A DNA stretch of 64,000 nucleotides. It comes from Paraspadella gotoi (lineage: Eukaryota > Animalia > Chaetognatha). The notes below the pieces were generated by a model. It was not told the DNA's origin. It ran no database searches and saw only the letters and a list, made by a program, of their open reading frames with translations. The stretch lies in the NCBI GenBank assembly GCA_051294375.1, contig CM119269.1, forward strand, positions 708,272 to 772,271, written 5' to 3'. Below are positions 11,461 to 22,861 of this stretch, piece by piece (the first letter of the stretch is position 1; every line of letters begins with the position of its first letter). The position numbers and the translations under genes are program-made.

Positions 11461-14400
11461 TTAAATTCTGGTCGTCACCGTCCCGGAAATTATATTTATT
11501 GACTGAGTTTGAGGTTGCATTGTGACGACCCTTTGCTGCTGCTGAGTCTGTTGTTGCTGTGGCTGCTGCTGTAAGTTGGTCATAGTTGTTAATGTATGAA
11601 TAGCGGGCTTGGTATCTTGCTGCTGGGTCGATGTTCCACCATTCAAGATGTTGAAACCGTTGCCTGGAGGATACGAATTTAATTAGAGCTGGCAAAAAAA
11701 TTCTTTACATAGATACATAACATGCGTTACATTTCCATAATACCATTTATAAATTGGTTTAAGGTTTTTTTTATGGTTTTTTTAATTTAAATTTTTTATT
11801 TATGTATTCGTTTAATAGCAAATGGGCAACTCATTGGATTTACATTCGGCGATTAATGGATTAGCTTCAAATTTAACGGACTCGACATTAGAGTCAATAC
11901 CTCCTCCAGAACCGGTCGTCATTCGATTCAGGCGGAGAGACTTTGGGTACCGACTACTAGCTGATTAACGATAACAATTTTCCTGGAGCGCGAAAAGCAT
12001 AAAATGAAAAATACATTCAAATAACATTCAAAACCGGCAGGTCAGGCTCTTTGCGATCGGAGATCTCTTTGGAGATCGCTCGTCTCGGCCATCAATGTCC
12101 GATCCACGGAATCGAGGAACGGACGTTAACGTCGACCATGGACGACGATTTCGAGCAAATTAAAGTGCACCAATCTTCATACGATACGTCATTCAACGCT
12201 CGAGGAAGAGAGAGGGCACCTCTTGGGGAGCGTCTAGTCGTAGGACCGCACTTGTATCAAAATGGGAGGCTGAGAAGAGGAATTGGCGGAGAGTCTGACT
12301 TCAGCACGAGAAGCGGTAAAGAAATCGGAGTTATTAAAAAAAAAAAAAAAAAAATCCCTCATGGAGTCTTCCCTTTCTTTTAGAAATACTATCACAGTTA
12401 AACCAAAGCGCCAACAATATAAAGGAAAGCGAATCGGTTCGAAATACCCGCCAACTGGCCATGAACGTTTCGAACACTGCGACGATAAAAAAGGCCAATA
12501 AGGAGAGAATCGTTGAGTCGCGAAAAAAAGTCAAAGGAAAGCAACACCCTTGTCATCATAACCAACATCTCGTTTCGAACGCAGCGACCATGAAGAAGGC
12601 GAATGACGAGAAAATTGTCGAGTCGCCGAAAGAAATGGAACTCAAGCGACGTCCTCGTCGTCGTAACCAAAATCACTCTCATTGCGCATCTTTAGCCAAA
12701 GTCGCTCAAATGGAAAAACCGAGGTTGACGACCGCCAAAGACGATTGGAAAAAAATTATTGGCAGTGATGACATCGGCGGCCACGGGGACTTTTCGTCCG
12801 AAGCGAAACGAGGCGCTGATCCCAACTGGTCCAAGATTTCCTCAACCAAAGAGAGCGCGAGATGGAGAGTGGTGCAGGAAATCGTCGACTCTACCAGGAC
12901 GGAAATCGGAAAATCGGTGGCGGACAAGCGCGGTGCGGGAGACGCCGTTGAAAAAAAACCAGTAGAAATCGTGAAGAATCGAACAAAGATGGACGATCGA
13001 AAATTAAACGGGGAAAAAACGCGGTTTACAACGAGAAAAGTCGTAGAAAAAAGTTGGGCGGAGGATTTGGCGGGAATTACGACCAAGTACTTGGAAGCTC
13101 TCTGGTCCATTGTCGCTCGCAGCTGTCCTTTAGCGTGATGTAAAGGGAAAAAAAGTGTGAAAGCGACGAAGCAACTCTAATCCCTACATATTGTCTCTCA
13201 TTCCGTTAATCCGATATGGAAAGCGAAAAGATAAATTATTAAGGGATTTAGGAAATTGTGTGTCTAAATTCCAAAGTAAAATTTCAAAACCTTAAAATAA
13301 AAAAAACTTGTGTGTATTTATTAACCAGAGCAAACAATGTCGGTTCTGCTTACGATAATTTAGCGGTAAGCATCTAATCAGAGGGTAAATCATGATAAAA
13401 ATTCAATTTTTAAACATAACAGATCATTATATAACTAATTATAACATTTTTTAATAAATAAATAAAAAAATCTATCAATCAATCAATCAATAGTTACTTG
13501 CCAATCATCATTTTACCATTATTTTCTGATTATCACTTCCTGATTAACACTTTTTGATTGCCACGTCCTGATTATCATTTCATGATAATCTCTCAAAGAT
13601 CGCCAATTCACGACTCACTATTTTCAATTCATGATTTTCAATTCTTCATTTTTCTTTTTTTATCAATTTAAATTTTTTCCCTGGCACGATTCGATCAAAA
13701 CTATATAAACCAGCGCAATCATATACTTTCCTTCCCACCCACAAAATTTTATTTCAATCCTTCCAACCAATTATAAATAATTGTAATAAATTAAATAAAT
13801 ATTAAATAAATAAATAAATTAAATAAATATGACTTGTTTTTTCCATTTAAATTCGATTCCATCGAAACTTTATATCCAGCTCAATCATACATATTTTATT
13901 ATTTAATCATACCGACACAGAAAATTTTATCTCAATCTATTCATCCGATCATCCAGAGTTTAATGCTCAGGACGGACGGATATTTTTTTAACATAATTAT
14001 TCTTAATTCGATGTTCTAACATATATAAGTGAATGACCGACAAAGTGGAATTTGCTATAAGTAGACCCGACCAAAAATTTGGAAATAAGTTTTACAGACT
14101 ACAATCAGTCGAGGTGGAACCTTGGTGATCGTCGCCAAACTCGGCATTGAGATCCCCTGGATGCATCTGCGGCAAAGAATGTTCGGGGTGGCGCGTGTAG
14201 CGGCCTCCTTCGCCGCGCACTCGATTCATGGCGTGACGGTGACGAGACTCGTGAAGATACTTTTTTCGTTCCTTAGGTATCTTGCCTAGGAGGAGGTAAC
14301 AACGGTGAGAGGGATAATATCATAAATGACGTCGAAATGAAAAGAAGCCAAGGTATTGTATCCACTGGCGCAACAGCAGACCTTCAGCCTCGAGCCTGGC

Positions 14401-16427
14401 CCTCGCCTGACGTCGCTTCAAAATTCTGTGATACTGTTTGGCGTTGACGTAAAGAGGTTCCTCTTCCATCAGCTCAGCGCCACCAGAAATCGGGACCCGC
14501 TGTAGAGTGGGAACTCCACCCGGGCTGTTTACCATCATTATGACCTAAACATCGAATGTTGAAAGATTAATTTTATTAAAGCTTATTTTCTTCAAATTCA
14601 ATCTAAAATATTTCATAAAGAAATTAAAGATACAAGCCCTTACCTGGGGTTTCTCCGTTTTCGTCTCCGCCGCAGGGGTGGGCGCTGCTGAGGCTGACGC
14701 ACTGGAGGTGGCCGTGGATTTCGCAGTTGCTTTCGTGGAAGGGGTCGTTACCGTGGTTGCGGCGGGGGCGGCGGCGGGTGCGGCAGGGGCCGGCTGAACC
14801 TGCGGCGTCGTTGATACAGTTTTTTGGGCGACGAAACTTGGCGTTGGCGTTTCGGAGATTGCCGGTTGGGACGCCTGCAGAACTTGTGAACCTAAAACCG
14901 AATCAAATGTAAAAGAGTAATTAACTAATATTCCAGAGGAATTAATAGAAACTTAAGTATAAATAAAATTATTAAAACAAAGATACTGCTGAAATGGAAA
15001 ACGTGGAATGCTTTTACATTCGAAAATTTAGGGCCAAGGAGCTGCAAAAAGGTAAATAATATACATTGTACAAGTAATAATGGCCTAATCGAAAAAGAAC
15101 GCCAACTTAAACAATATTGCTTACCCTCCGACGAGATTGTGAGAACTTGTCCGGAAGGAATCTGAACGCTTCCATCGGCTTGCACCATCGTAGGCTGATA
15201 GAGAAGAGTTTGCCCATCTAGTGTTTGAATGAGTTGAGTCCCGGGCTGTTGAGCGACTTGCTTTAATCCTTGCAGTTGACCTTGAGATATCCCGGAAATA
15301 GTCCTGGTCAAAGTGCTGATCTGTTTTGGTTGAACCTGTGCAACCGTTGTTTGCGGCGCCTGTATAATTATATTAATTAAGTATAATTATGTTGAAATCA
15401 GCGACGGGTGAAAGTCATAATGAAAACTAGGCTTTGTTTAATTTGAGACCCCTAAGCGGCCTATGAGAGAAGGAAGAGCAAGATTTTTCTATATAAATTA
15501 ACATAAGAAAGAAGACGATAAGTTTTGTAAGGAAAAAAAAAAAGATTTAGATATAATTTAATATTTAATAAAAAATAATAATTATAGGTAAAAACTAAAA
15601 TAAATTTAAGAATAAATAAAAATTTCTGAATTAAGAATAATTTTAAACATAGAAATAAATTTGGTTTAAAATAAATTAACTATTAATAAGTTTAAAATTC
15701 AAAATAATTTAAAAATTAAAGATTAAGGGTCAGGGATAAGTTCAAGGTTATGGATAAATTAAGGGTTAGGGTTAAGTTTAAGGTTAGGGATAAGTTTAGT
15801 GTTAAAGATAAAGATGAAGGCTTAAAAAAGTCTAAAAATGTCCGTTTTTATATAAATAAAATTCGTTGCAAACTAAAAACTGTCAATCTCTAAACATTTT
15901 AAACAACGAAAAAGAAAGGATTAATACAACAAGTTTAAATATAATTTTTAAATATTAAAGATAAGCTTTAAACTAAAAATACATTTAGAATTTAAAATTT
16001 TATTATAATTAAATTATTAAAAAAATTATATTATTAAAAATATTTAGTTAATTTGAAAGGAATTAAAAATAATGTTATCCTTATCAGTTATTTTAATTCA
16101 ATTCTAATAAAATAAGCATTTATAATATCTTTGTTGTACCGTTCCAAATTTTTTTTTTCGTGAAGAAACGAACTTTGTGTTTTTCTCCTCTTCTTTTTCC
16201 CATAGGCCCCTAAAAGGGTCTTATCTTAAATATGGCCAGAAACTAGATGACGGGACCTGTAAAACTTGAAGTTGCTGTCCTCCTACTTGAAGAAACTGTA
16301 CCGATTGTCCACTTGAGCTCATCGGTACCAAAATCTGCTGGCCGTTTAAAGTCTGCAGAATTTGAGTACCCTGCTGTTGATGCCCACTAGAATTTAGCAT
16401 AACGGGAGCTATGTGAAATCCATCCAT
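11461..16427 (-). CDS. NFYA: Nuclear transcription factor Y subunit alpha (CCAAT-binding factor B)
   Basis: EEPLYVNAKQYHRILKRRQARARLEAE|GKIPKERKKYLHESRHRHAMNRVRGEGGRY (exons 14382-14544 and about 14121-14285); Gln-rich N-terminal exons (about 16257-16427, 15126-15360, 14644-14891); phase-compatible 3' exons about 11901-11960 and 11461-11663 ending TTRI-stop. Confidence 0.95.
12138..13138 (+). CDS. Two-exon hypothetical protein (about 310 aa, Lys/Arg/Glu-rich) nested antisense in an NF-YA intron
   Basis: accATGg at 12138; exon 1 12138-12315; 68-nt GTAAAG...TTTTAG intron 12316-12383; exon 2 12384-13138 is in frame with the 225-aa ORF at 12461; internal repeat VSNTATIKKANKERIVES / VSNAATMKKANDEKIVES. 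Confidence 0.65.
15456..16210. mobile_element. Tourist/PIF-Harbinger-like MITE in an NF-YA intron
   Basis: Imperfect TIRs GCGGCCTATGAGAGAAGGAAGAG / CTCTTCTTTTTCCCATAGGCCCC, flanked by TAA on both sides (15453-15455, 16211-16213); AT-rich non-coding interior. Confidence 0.65.
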
Positions 16428-16504
16428 TTTTCTGTTTGTTAATGTTCTCAAAGTAAAGAGCTGAAAAATAAAATTCTTGACTAGTAGTAGATAACAAGCA
16501 GTCA

Positions 16505-16982
16505 ATTGGGGGGCCAATAGGAAAAAACAATTTAAATTATTACCCTATTGCCATGATGTAATTTAACAATTAAATAAACAAAATATTTTTAATCTTCCAA
16601 AAGATGCGAATAATTTTACAGGTAAAAAAGCCACCAATTGTTATGAAAACCTAATAATTTTCAATGATGCGTTACATGCAAAATAAATTCTTAAATAAAT
16701 AAATCTGATTCACGCTTTAAACTTTATCAGGTCGTGAATTTAAAAATAAAGCTCAATATTACAATAGAGTAAAGGTTTTAGAAATCACTGTAAGTGGAAT
16801 ATATAGAAAGTAAGGCACTCTTTCTCAGAAATCAGGAATAAAAAAGACATCTTCATTGGCATAGAATTAGACAAGATACATCATCAGATAAACAATAGGA
16901 ATGATTGGATCCAAACAGATTGTAAAACTTCCTTTAACAACCAATTAATATAAAACCAGGTTTCCCCAATTAACAAACCAAT
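16505..16982. promoter_or_regulatory. CCAAT-box cluster upstream of the NF-YA start codon
   Basis: CCAAT/ATTGG at about 16505, 16514, 16634, 16855, 16904, 16941, 16966 and 16978. Confidence 0.45.
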
Positions 16983-17029
16983 CAAAAACGACGAATTTAT
17001 TCTCTAAGTCTCAACTCTCCAGCCGAGAG

Positions 17030-18494
17030 TAGTGTTCCGATAACCGTTAACAGTTAACGGTTATTAACGGTTAAAATAATTTTAACTTAACCGTTAATAT
17101 ATTTATTTTAACGGTTAAATTCGGTTATTTTCAAGTATGATTTTTGTTATGAAAACTTTGATTTTTTAAGAAAATTTTTTTTTCCTTATTCTCCTTCCCT
17201 TTCTCACTATATTTCCCCCTCTCTCTGTTCTACATTTTCCCCTATTTTTTCTTTGTTATTTTCAACCCTTTTAATCTTTTTCTATTTTAATCTATTATCA
17301 TTTTTTTCTGCCCTTCCGGTATTTTTTTTACTTTCTCCCAATTGTTTTCGTTTTTCCTTTCAGCTAATTAAGCATTTACATCAAAGAATATTTTGAAATA
17401 TAATATGCATCTGCTTATATTTTTTTGCAAATCAAATTTTTACATGCAATAATATTCTATTTTGCTAATAAAAAAATAAATAATCTTTCTTCTTTTACTT
17501 TTTTTAGCTTTTTCTTTCAATTTTTAAAATGAACAAAGAAGTAAATATAATAAAGCCGATGAATGAAAAATTTTTTAAAAACTAAATAAAAAAAATTATT
17601 AGAAAACATTTTAAAAATGAACAATAGAAGGAATGAATCTTTGAAAGAACATTAAGGCTAACTAAAACTATCCTTCAATGATGATATACTTTACTTTAAT
17701 AAAATTTAAAAAAATATTTATTAATTAATAACTCTTTTGATCAATCGATCATTTAACAATTCAATTAAATAATTGATATTCATAATTAAGAGAAAACAAA
17801 GTTTATTTGTTTACAAACAACCGGTTTTTATTCCAAAAAACGGACATGTTTCGACTCTAGTTTTTCCGAGTCTACATCAGCGCGTGAGAGTCCTTTTTTT
17901 AAAAAATAAAACCTGTTGTTTGTAAACAAATAAACTTTGCTTTCACTTAACTATAAACGTAACGAAAAGAAAGTCTTAATACAATATTTATAATTATATT
18001 ATATTTATGGTCATGGTTTATGAAAGACTAACAACAGAAACATGCTTTCAAGAAACTAAAAACTATCAAAATAATGAGGAAGAGAAATAGAAAAAGGAAA
18101 AGCAAAAACGAAAGAAAGAAAGAAAAAGAGAGAAAGAGAAAACAAATATACAGAATTAAAATTACATTGTGCTTTTTCTTTCATTGTCTTTTTTCATATT
18201 TTTATTATGCTATGAGGCAAAAAAATTTTTTATTATAATGCTGTTTTTTCAAACCAATTTTCTCATTTATCAACTATAATGTGTACCTCATCTATCTGAA
18301 ATAAAAGATAAAGACTATTCAGTAGCCGGAGTTTAGGAGAAAATACCATCAAATACTTTAGTTAGTTTCAAATATTAATATTTTAAATTTAAAGTTAAAT
18401 TATAAAATTAACCGATTTTAACGGTTAACCGTTAAAAACGTTAGTTTTAACGGTAAGCGAAGTTCCTCAAAAATTAACGGTTAACGGAACCCTA
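17030..18494. mobile_element. Non-autonomous hAT DNA transposon (1465 bp)
   Basis: TIRs TAGTGTTCCGATAACCGTTAA / TTAACGGTTAACGGAACCCTA; perfect 8-bp TSD GCCGAGAG at 17022-17029 and 18495-18502; subterminal TTAACCG/CGGTTAA repeats at both ends; no transposase ORF. Confidence 0.9.
17840..17884 (-). ncRNA. Minimal type I hammerhead-ribozyme-like motif in the loop of a fold-back element (arms 17787-17832 and about 17905-17949)
   Basis: Minus strand reads GCG-CUGAUGUA-GACUC(loop)GAGUC-GAAAC-AUGUC-CGU; stem II has 5 bp, stem III is the palindrome ACAUGU; one core deviation (U at the A9 position). Confidence 0.7.
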
Positions 18495-18604
18495 GCCGAG
18501 AGGGTTTTTCAGACCAACTTGTGAAACGGTGTAACATTTTTAATGCACGCTTCTTATAAGAATATGAAAGACCCCTCAGTCCTCAAGACTCCCAGAAACG
18601 TAAG

Positions 18605-19564
18605 TTAAGTTTTCCAAATCTTGTTGAAAAGATCCATAAAAGATTCATAAATCATGAAAGTTATGGCCACATCCAAACAAACCCTGGACAGTCTCGGCAC
18701 AGTTCCCTTGTAGAAAGCGAAGAAGCCTTCTTTCTTAAAGATCTCCATCGCGCAATGCAAAGAGTTCCGGTACTTGGAAGCTTCAAGCCCTTGCATCCGG
18801 GTCTTAACAACGTCAACTGGAGTATTCCCGTAGACAGATGCAGCACCGGCGATCGCTCCAAACAAGCCAGTCATCAGCTTAGGAACTTTCTTAGTTTTGT
18901 CTTCGCCTCTATACAGGTCCTGTAGCGAGAGTAGAACCCAAAAACGAATGGCTTGGTTGGATCCCTGTTTGACTATTGTAGGAGTTAAGCCTTTGTAACA
19001 ACCCGAAAGGCCTTCGGTTTTAATGATGGTTCGGACGCCATGGAAAAATCCCTTAAACTTGGGGTTGCTGCTCGTCTGGTCATTGATAAACTTGACTTTC
19101 AAAGTCTCCATTGGCGTGACGGCAAAAATGGCTTCCATCATACCCGCCCCTAAGCCGCACAACAGCTTTTTGCCGCCGGTGAGTTGGCCGTGGTCGTCCG
19201 CAAATCGCCGCTTCAAAGACTCGAATGCTCCGAAACGGACAGCGGACTTGGGTATAGAACCGTACAGCAAAACCGACAAGCCGCGATAAAGCCCGAAAAA
19301 CCCGTAGCCGCGAACAGTCTTCTTAACGCAATCAATGGGGCCAGTGTACTGCTTGACCGCGCCGGTTTTTTCGTCCAGTTGCAGTTGAGTCTTAACGTAC
19401 TCTGTAGGGAAAGTTATGCAAATCTCTATACCGCCCGTAATACCGCCGGCGAGTATGCCTTTGCAGGTTTTGGCAGATGGAAGTAGCGAAGCCATCGTGA
19501 ACGAAGTCGCTTTCGGTGGCGAGCTAGCATACGCCGAATTATTATTGTTTGACGAATCGCTCAT
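18605..19564 (-). CDS. SLC25A1: Mitochondrial tricarboxylate (citrate) carrier, 319 aa, single coding exon
   Basis: [100 protein letters not shown]; three PX[DE]XXK carrier repeats. Confidence 0.97.
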   Translation of the reverse strand: MSDSSNNNNSAYASSPPKATSFTMASLLPSAKTCKGILAGGITGGIEICITFPTEYVKTQLQLDEKTGAVKQYTGPIDCVKKTVRGYGFFGLYRGLSVLLYGSIPKSAVRFGAFESLKRRFADDHGQLTGGKKLLCGLGAGMMEAIFAVTPMETLKVKFINDQTSSNPKFKGFFHGVRTIIKTEGLSGCYKGLTPTIVKQGSNQAIRFWVLLSLQDLYRGEDKTKKVPKLMTGLFGAIAGAASVYGNTPVDVVKTRMQGLEASKYRNSLHCAMEIFKKEGFFAFYKGTVPRLSRVCLDVAITFMIYESFMDLFNKIWKT

Positions 19565-21289
19565 TCTGCAATGATTAAAACAAAAACTAGTACAATGTTA
19601 ACACGTTTTTTGAAATTTTAGTACGTATAATGTCAGATTAAGTACTATGAATAAAAAAAAGTAAATTTTCCCGGTAGGCGATCACCTGATCCCAGGGTTG
19701 ACTATTTACTCTTTTTTTTAACAGAAAACAAATCAAGGAACCAATAACTTTTAACCGCGTTTCGCGCAGCCAATGGTAACGGGAATTTTACACGACACGG
19801 TAAGAGCGCGCGGGCGATGAAACGATGGCACTAACCAGTGAGTGACCAATGGCAAAATACGAAGAATGGCAAACGAGGCGCACTGGCATAAAAGACCAAT
19901 GGTGGTCGACAGTTGGAGCAACAAAGGAAGCTAATTCGTTGATCCACTCAGACTTTAGAGGGACAACGACGACGACGACGAAAACGACGACGACACTAAC
20001 GATCACGGCTTGCCAACAAAAGGGAAACGAGGACCGAGAACCAATTCTCTTGTTTATTCTCATTAATAATTATTAATTAATTATTAATTAATTATTAATA
20101 TTGAATTTTGAAAATCATTATAATTTGGCCCAAATTTTATGTAATACTTAAAGGAGTAAAACTGAGAGGAGATATCGCAAAAGGGTAACACATTCCGAAA
20201 CCGTCCAAATTGTAATGAATTAGTACAACCAATATAGAAATTATCCATCCATTCATTAAATCAATTTGATTCCAACCTGTGCCACTTGGTTTAACGTTAA
20301 GGCCGCCTTTCCTCAAGCAAGATAATTACATAATCAGAGTCCCGACCAAGCAATCTTTCACTCTCTGTCTTTCCAGTCCGGTTTCTTATCCCAGAGTCTA
20401 TGAAGTGGTACGGCTTGCTATATGATGAAACAAAGTTTAAAAACTAACACTAACTAACAATGAACGATTGTACTATTATTTTAGTATTTGTAATTATTAC
20501 AATGTATATAGATATTTTTCAAATGAAACTTCAATTAAATATTTAACGTTTACATAGATATGGGACAGTCGTGGCAGTTATTAATATAAATAAATTAGGG
20601 ACTTTTCTTATATACGAGACTTCTGCTTTATAAATTTATGAGGCTTGTAATATTTTCCTTTTTTCCTGTCATCCTTTATCAAACTGGCGGGCACAAAACG
20701 TTTTGCCATAACTGGCTGTCAACCAAAGAAAATATTCCAAGTCACTGCATTCCAGGAGGGGTCAATAACTCATTGACTTTGTTTATAAATATTAAGTTGA
20801 CAGCCATGGCAAAACTTTTTGTGTCCGCCGTACTCAGAGAGATCAACGTTGTATTTGCGAGCATTTTGACGCCACATATTTGTTTTATTTAAAGGAACAG
20901 TTGTTGAAAAGTGTTGCGGTTACATTCGTCTCAGAAGATGCGAAGAGGAGGAGAATTTCAACGAAGAGTGTTTGACGCGAGAGTACTTCTCGCTGCCTTG
21001 GAGATGCAGTTTCGCCCAAATTCACCTTCCGTCAGATTTCCATTTCTGGAAATTTTCTTCTCTTTTTTTTCAAGCCAGACTTTTTTTGAGGAAGGGGTGA
21101 TGGTTCTGTGGTTTCTTTCAAATTCCCAGCTAAAAAGAAAAGTTTTAAATTTTTTTTTGAAAAAATTTTGAGAAACGAACTCTGAAACAAAACGGTTTAT
21201 CAAAATTTCGCCATAATGCGTAACAATTTAAAGCGATACGTATGTACTGTCTAATTTCTTAGTATAACAAAAAAGTTTTGGAGGCCCTG

Positions 21290-21356
21290 ACGGCCTTGCC
21301 TCGTGGGAAAAGTGCATTTGCCAAATGTTAAGAAGGTGGGCGAGGTTCGATCCTCA
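21290..21356 (+). repeat. tRNA-derived (SINE head-like) fragment
   Basis: B-box GGTTCGATCC at about 21343 with a degenerate A-box upstream; no complete cloverleaf. Confidence 0.35.
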
Positions 21357-21651
21357 CAGTGATTAAAATCAAAGATGAAAAAAAAAATCGAAAGTTCGGG
21401 TGTAACACTAACAATGCCAGTGGCCGCATCATCTCAAGGTCAAGAACTTGAGAGGAAAACAAAAACTTATATACTTATGTAAACAATACTTAGTTGATTC
21501 GTATATTTTTTCTTGACTTTGAAATGCTGCTGCCGCTGGCACCATAACTATTATAGTCGTATTCTAGTTAAAAAATAATGAATCTAATAAATTGCCCGAA
21601 CGGTGCACTAAAATCCACCTACCGTTCATCAGCGGCCTTTGCTGCAGGGGG

Positions 21652-21761
21652 CAAAGGTCCGGGGTTTTAACCCGGTGGCCGCCCAGCAGTTTACGGGGAC
21701 GGGCCGCTCAATCCGCCTGTAACTCGAGGTTACAGCCTTGTCCGTAGCTCGGAACTGCTTA
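21652..21761 (+). repeat. Dispersed structured repeat (SINE-like), copy 2
   Basis: Similar to 5474-5587; nested stems AGCAGTT/AACTGCT, TACGG..ACGGG/CTTGTCCGTA and CTGTAAC/GTTACAG. Confidence 0.5.
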
Positions 21762-22501
21762 ATGCTTATATCGAACGGTTCTATCACTAACTCATAACAA
21801 TTATTCTGTCTCTTCACCCGTTAAAATCGTTTTACAGTTTGCCAAATAACCTTTTTGAACGAAGCGTGCCAAGGAATAGCTTTTTAAAATCTAGCCGTTT
21901 AACAAACCGTCAAACGAATATTCCAACGTTTAAGTATTTAAAAAAAATCAACTCCTTACATCTTACATCGAGAGCTGCCTGCTTCCATCATCTTGCACTC
22001 GATTTTCCTTCGATTTTCTTATTTTCCTATCAACGCCCATCAAATCCGCTGTCCTCACTCGTCAAACATAATTTGTTCGGAAAAAAAAATGTAAAATAAC
22101 TGTCATCTTTTAAATTTTGGGGGCCAAGTTGTCTTCGTTGAGGCTCAAATTCAGTAAAATACTAGTAAAATTAACAAGACTTTCTCGTCCTCTCCTATCG
22201 CTTACACGATTTTTGTATTTTGTATTTGGGAAAAAGTTCCAAGACCAGATAAACAATTCGCCGCACCTTTCTCGAATTATCTCTCCGAATATTTGCAAGG
22301 AAAACTTCGAGTCGGACACCGCTTCCAGCACAACCTTCTAATTTTTTTTTTTTTTTTCGCCTGTTTTTACTCTCTTGTTTTAAAATATTCGCACCTCCTC
22401 TTTTTCTAAAACGCTCAACTTTTTTCCTCGCAAATTTATCTCTTTCTGCTGTATCACTGAGTTACACACTCTGTCGAAAATCTAGACACCCAAAATCGCT
22501 T

Positions 22502-22543
<42 letters not shown>

Positions 22544-22861
22544 CTCTCTCTGCCAATCCGTTTCAGAAACTTATTCTTTCGCCTCCCCCTTCTACCCTCT
22601 CTCTCTAGGCCGACCGAGAGGGATCGATGTAAAATGGATTTCGTTGCCTTCGGCTGCTGATGGAATTAAATCTTTGTTGTCATCTGCGGTCGTCGTCGAC
22701 GTCGTCCTAGCAGGGAGAGCAGCTCAGCCAAGAAGCGCAAAAAAAAAAATCACTGCTTTTTTTTTTTCAAAATAATACTCAAGTTCGAGCCGACCAAAAG
22801 ACAATGGCTTCGCTAAAAAGACGCGGGATAAAAATTAATTTTCACGCAATCTATCCTTGAC

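Noticed and set aside
15722-15805. Interstitial telomere
   Set aside because: Only a few degenerate TTAGGG-like units, embedded in a MITE.
21290-21356. Functional tRNA gene
   Set aside because: B-box only; acceptor and anticodon stems cannot be formed.
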